Shown: piece by piece, positions 63,451-64,000 of the stretch | How the letters are laid out: each line of letters starts with the position of its first letter | Numbering within the stretch: the first letter of the stretch is position 1 | NCBI RefSeq assembly: GCF_009914755.1 | Contig: NC_060927.1 | Source: the human T2T-CHM13v2.0 reference genome, Homo sapiens | DNA length: 64,000 nucleotides | Strand: one strand, 5' to 3' | Notes under the pieces: model-generated | Told to the model about the DNA's origin: nothing | What the model saw: the letters and a program-made list of their open reading frames with translations, nothing else | Database searches by the model: none | Position numbers and translations under genes: made by a program

Positions 63451-64000
63451 GTGTGCACGTATACACACTCAGAGGTTCCAGCTGTAAGCTTCAGAGCAAG
63501 TCCAGCTCTGTTCTGTGAAGTGCTAGCTCTAATTCCAGGAATCTATAGGTGACTGGGGGAGGAAATACAGAAAGAGAAAACAACACATTCTACCTTCTTT
63601 TCTCTCTCAAGAAATTTCTGGACTGTTCAACAACCTTGGCCAAAATCAACTATATCTGCCAAACTTACTGAGCCCCGTGTTAGCGTTGTTCTAGGCACCT
63701 CCCACAACTGACTTGAAGAGAAATCACCCAGGAGACAAAGCACAGGATATAAGAAAGAAAAGAGAAGGGATCATTTTGCCCCTGATATCAAAGAAGCCTC
63801 AAGAACTGATGTAAAGAATGGCTCCTAGTTCCAGAAATCCCTTGGTAGTGAACTCTGAGGCAAATCCTCAAAGAGATGAGGAACACCCACTGCTAATATT
63901 CACTCATCCATTAGCTCACCTCCAGGCCTGGAAAGCCAACTGGATGGTTCTCTAGGAGGAAACAGCCAGATGTGAGACAAAGATACCTAGGCAACTAGCT

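Overview
Primate (very probably human) non-coding genomic DNA, not a microbial locus. No protein-coding gene, RNA gene, CRISPR array or intact autonomous element is recognisable. The ORF track consists of Alu/L2/low-complexity translations and chance ORFs. About 26 Alu copies (J, S and Y age classes, many with visible target-site duplications), several MIR and L2 relics, about nine hAT-Charlie MITEs (MER113, MER5A1, MER20 x2, MER58A, Charlie1/MER33, MER1B, MER3) and three MLT1 LTR relics are interspersed with long repeat-poor blocks dense in transcription-factor motifs. LINE-1 is almost absent and the + strand looks A-rich, which suggests a large intron of a minus-strand gene with embedded enhancers; I could not identify the gene. 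The most notable observations are: (1) ten forkhead (RYAAACA) motifs within about 660 bp at 6.8-7.4 kb; (2) a roughly 187-bp non-transposon segment copied 1.9 kb downstream into an L2 with filler sequence, resembling a fossil templated repair insertion; (3) three Alus carrying four internal deletions around a polypurine/G4 tract; (4) a head-to-head Alu pair only about 84 bp apart; (5) PBX-HOX/MEIS, POU/TCF, p53-family/AP-1 and HOX13 motif modules; and (6) two candidate small minus-strand exons. Repeat subfamily calls and boundaries were made by eye and are approximate. I found no evidence for a novel coding system.
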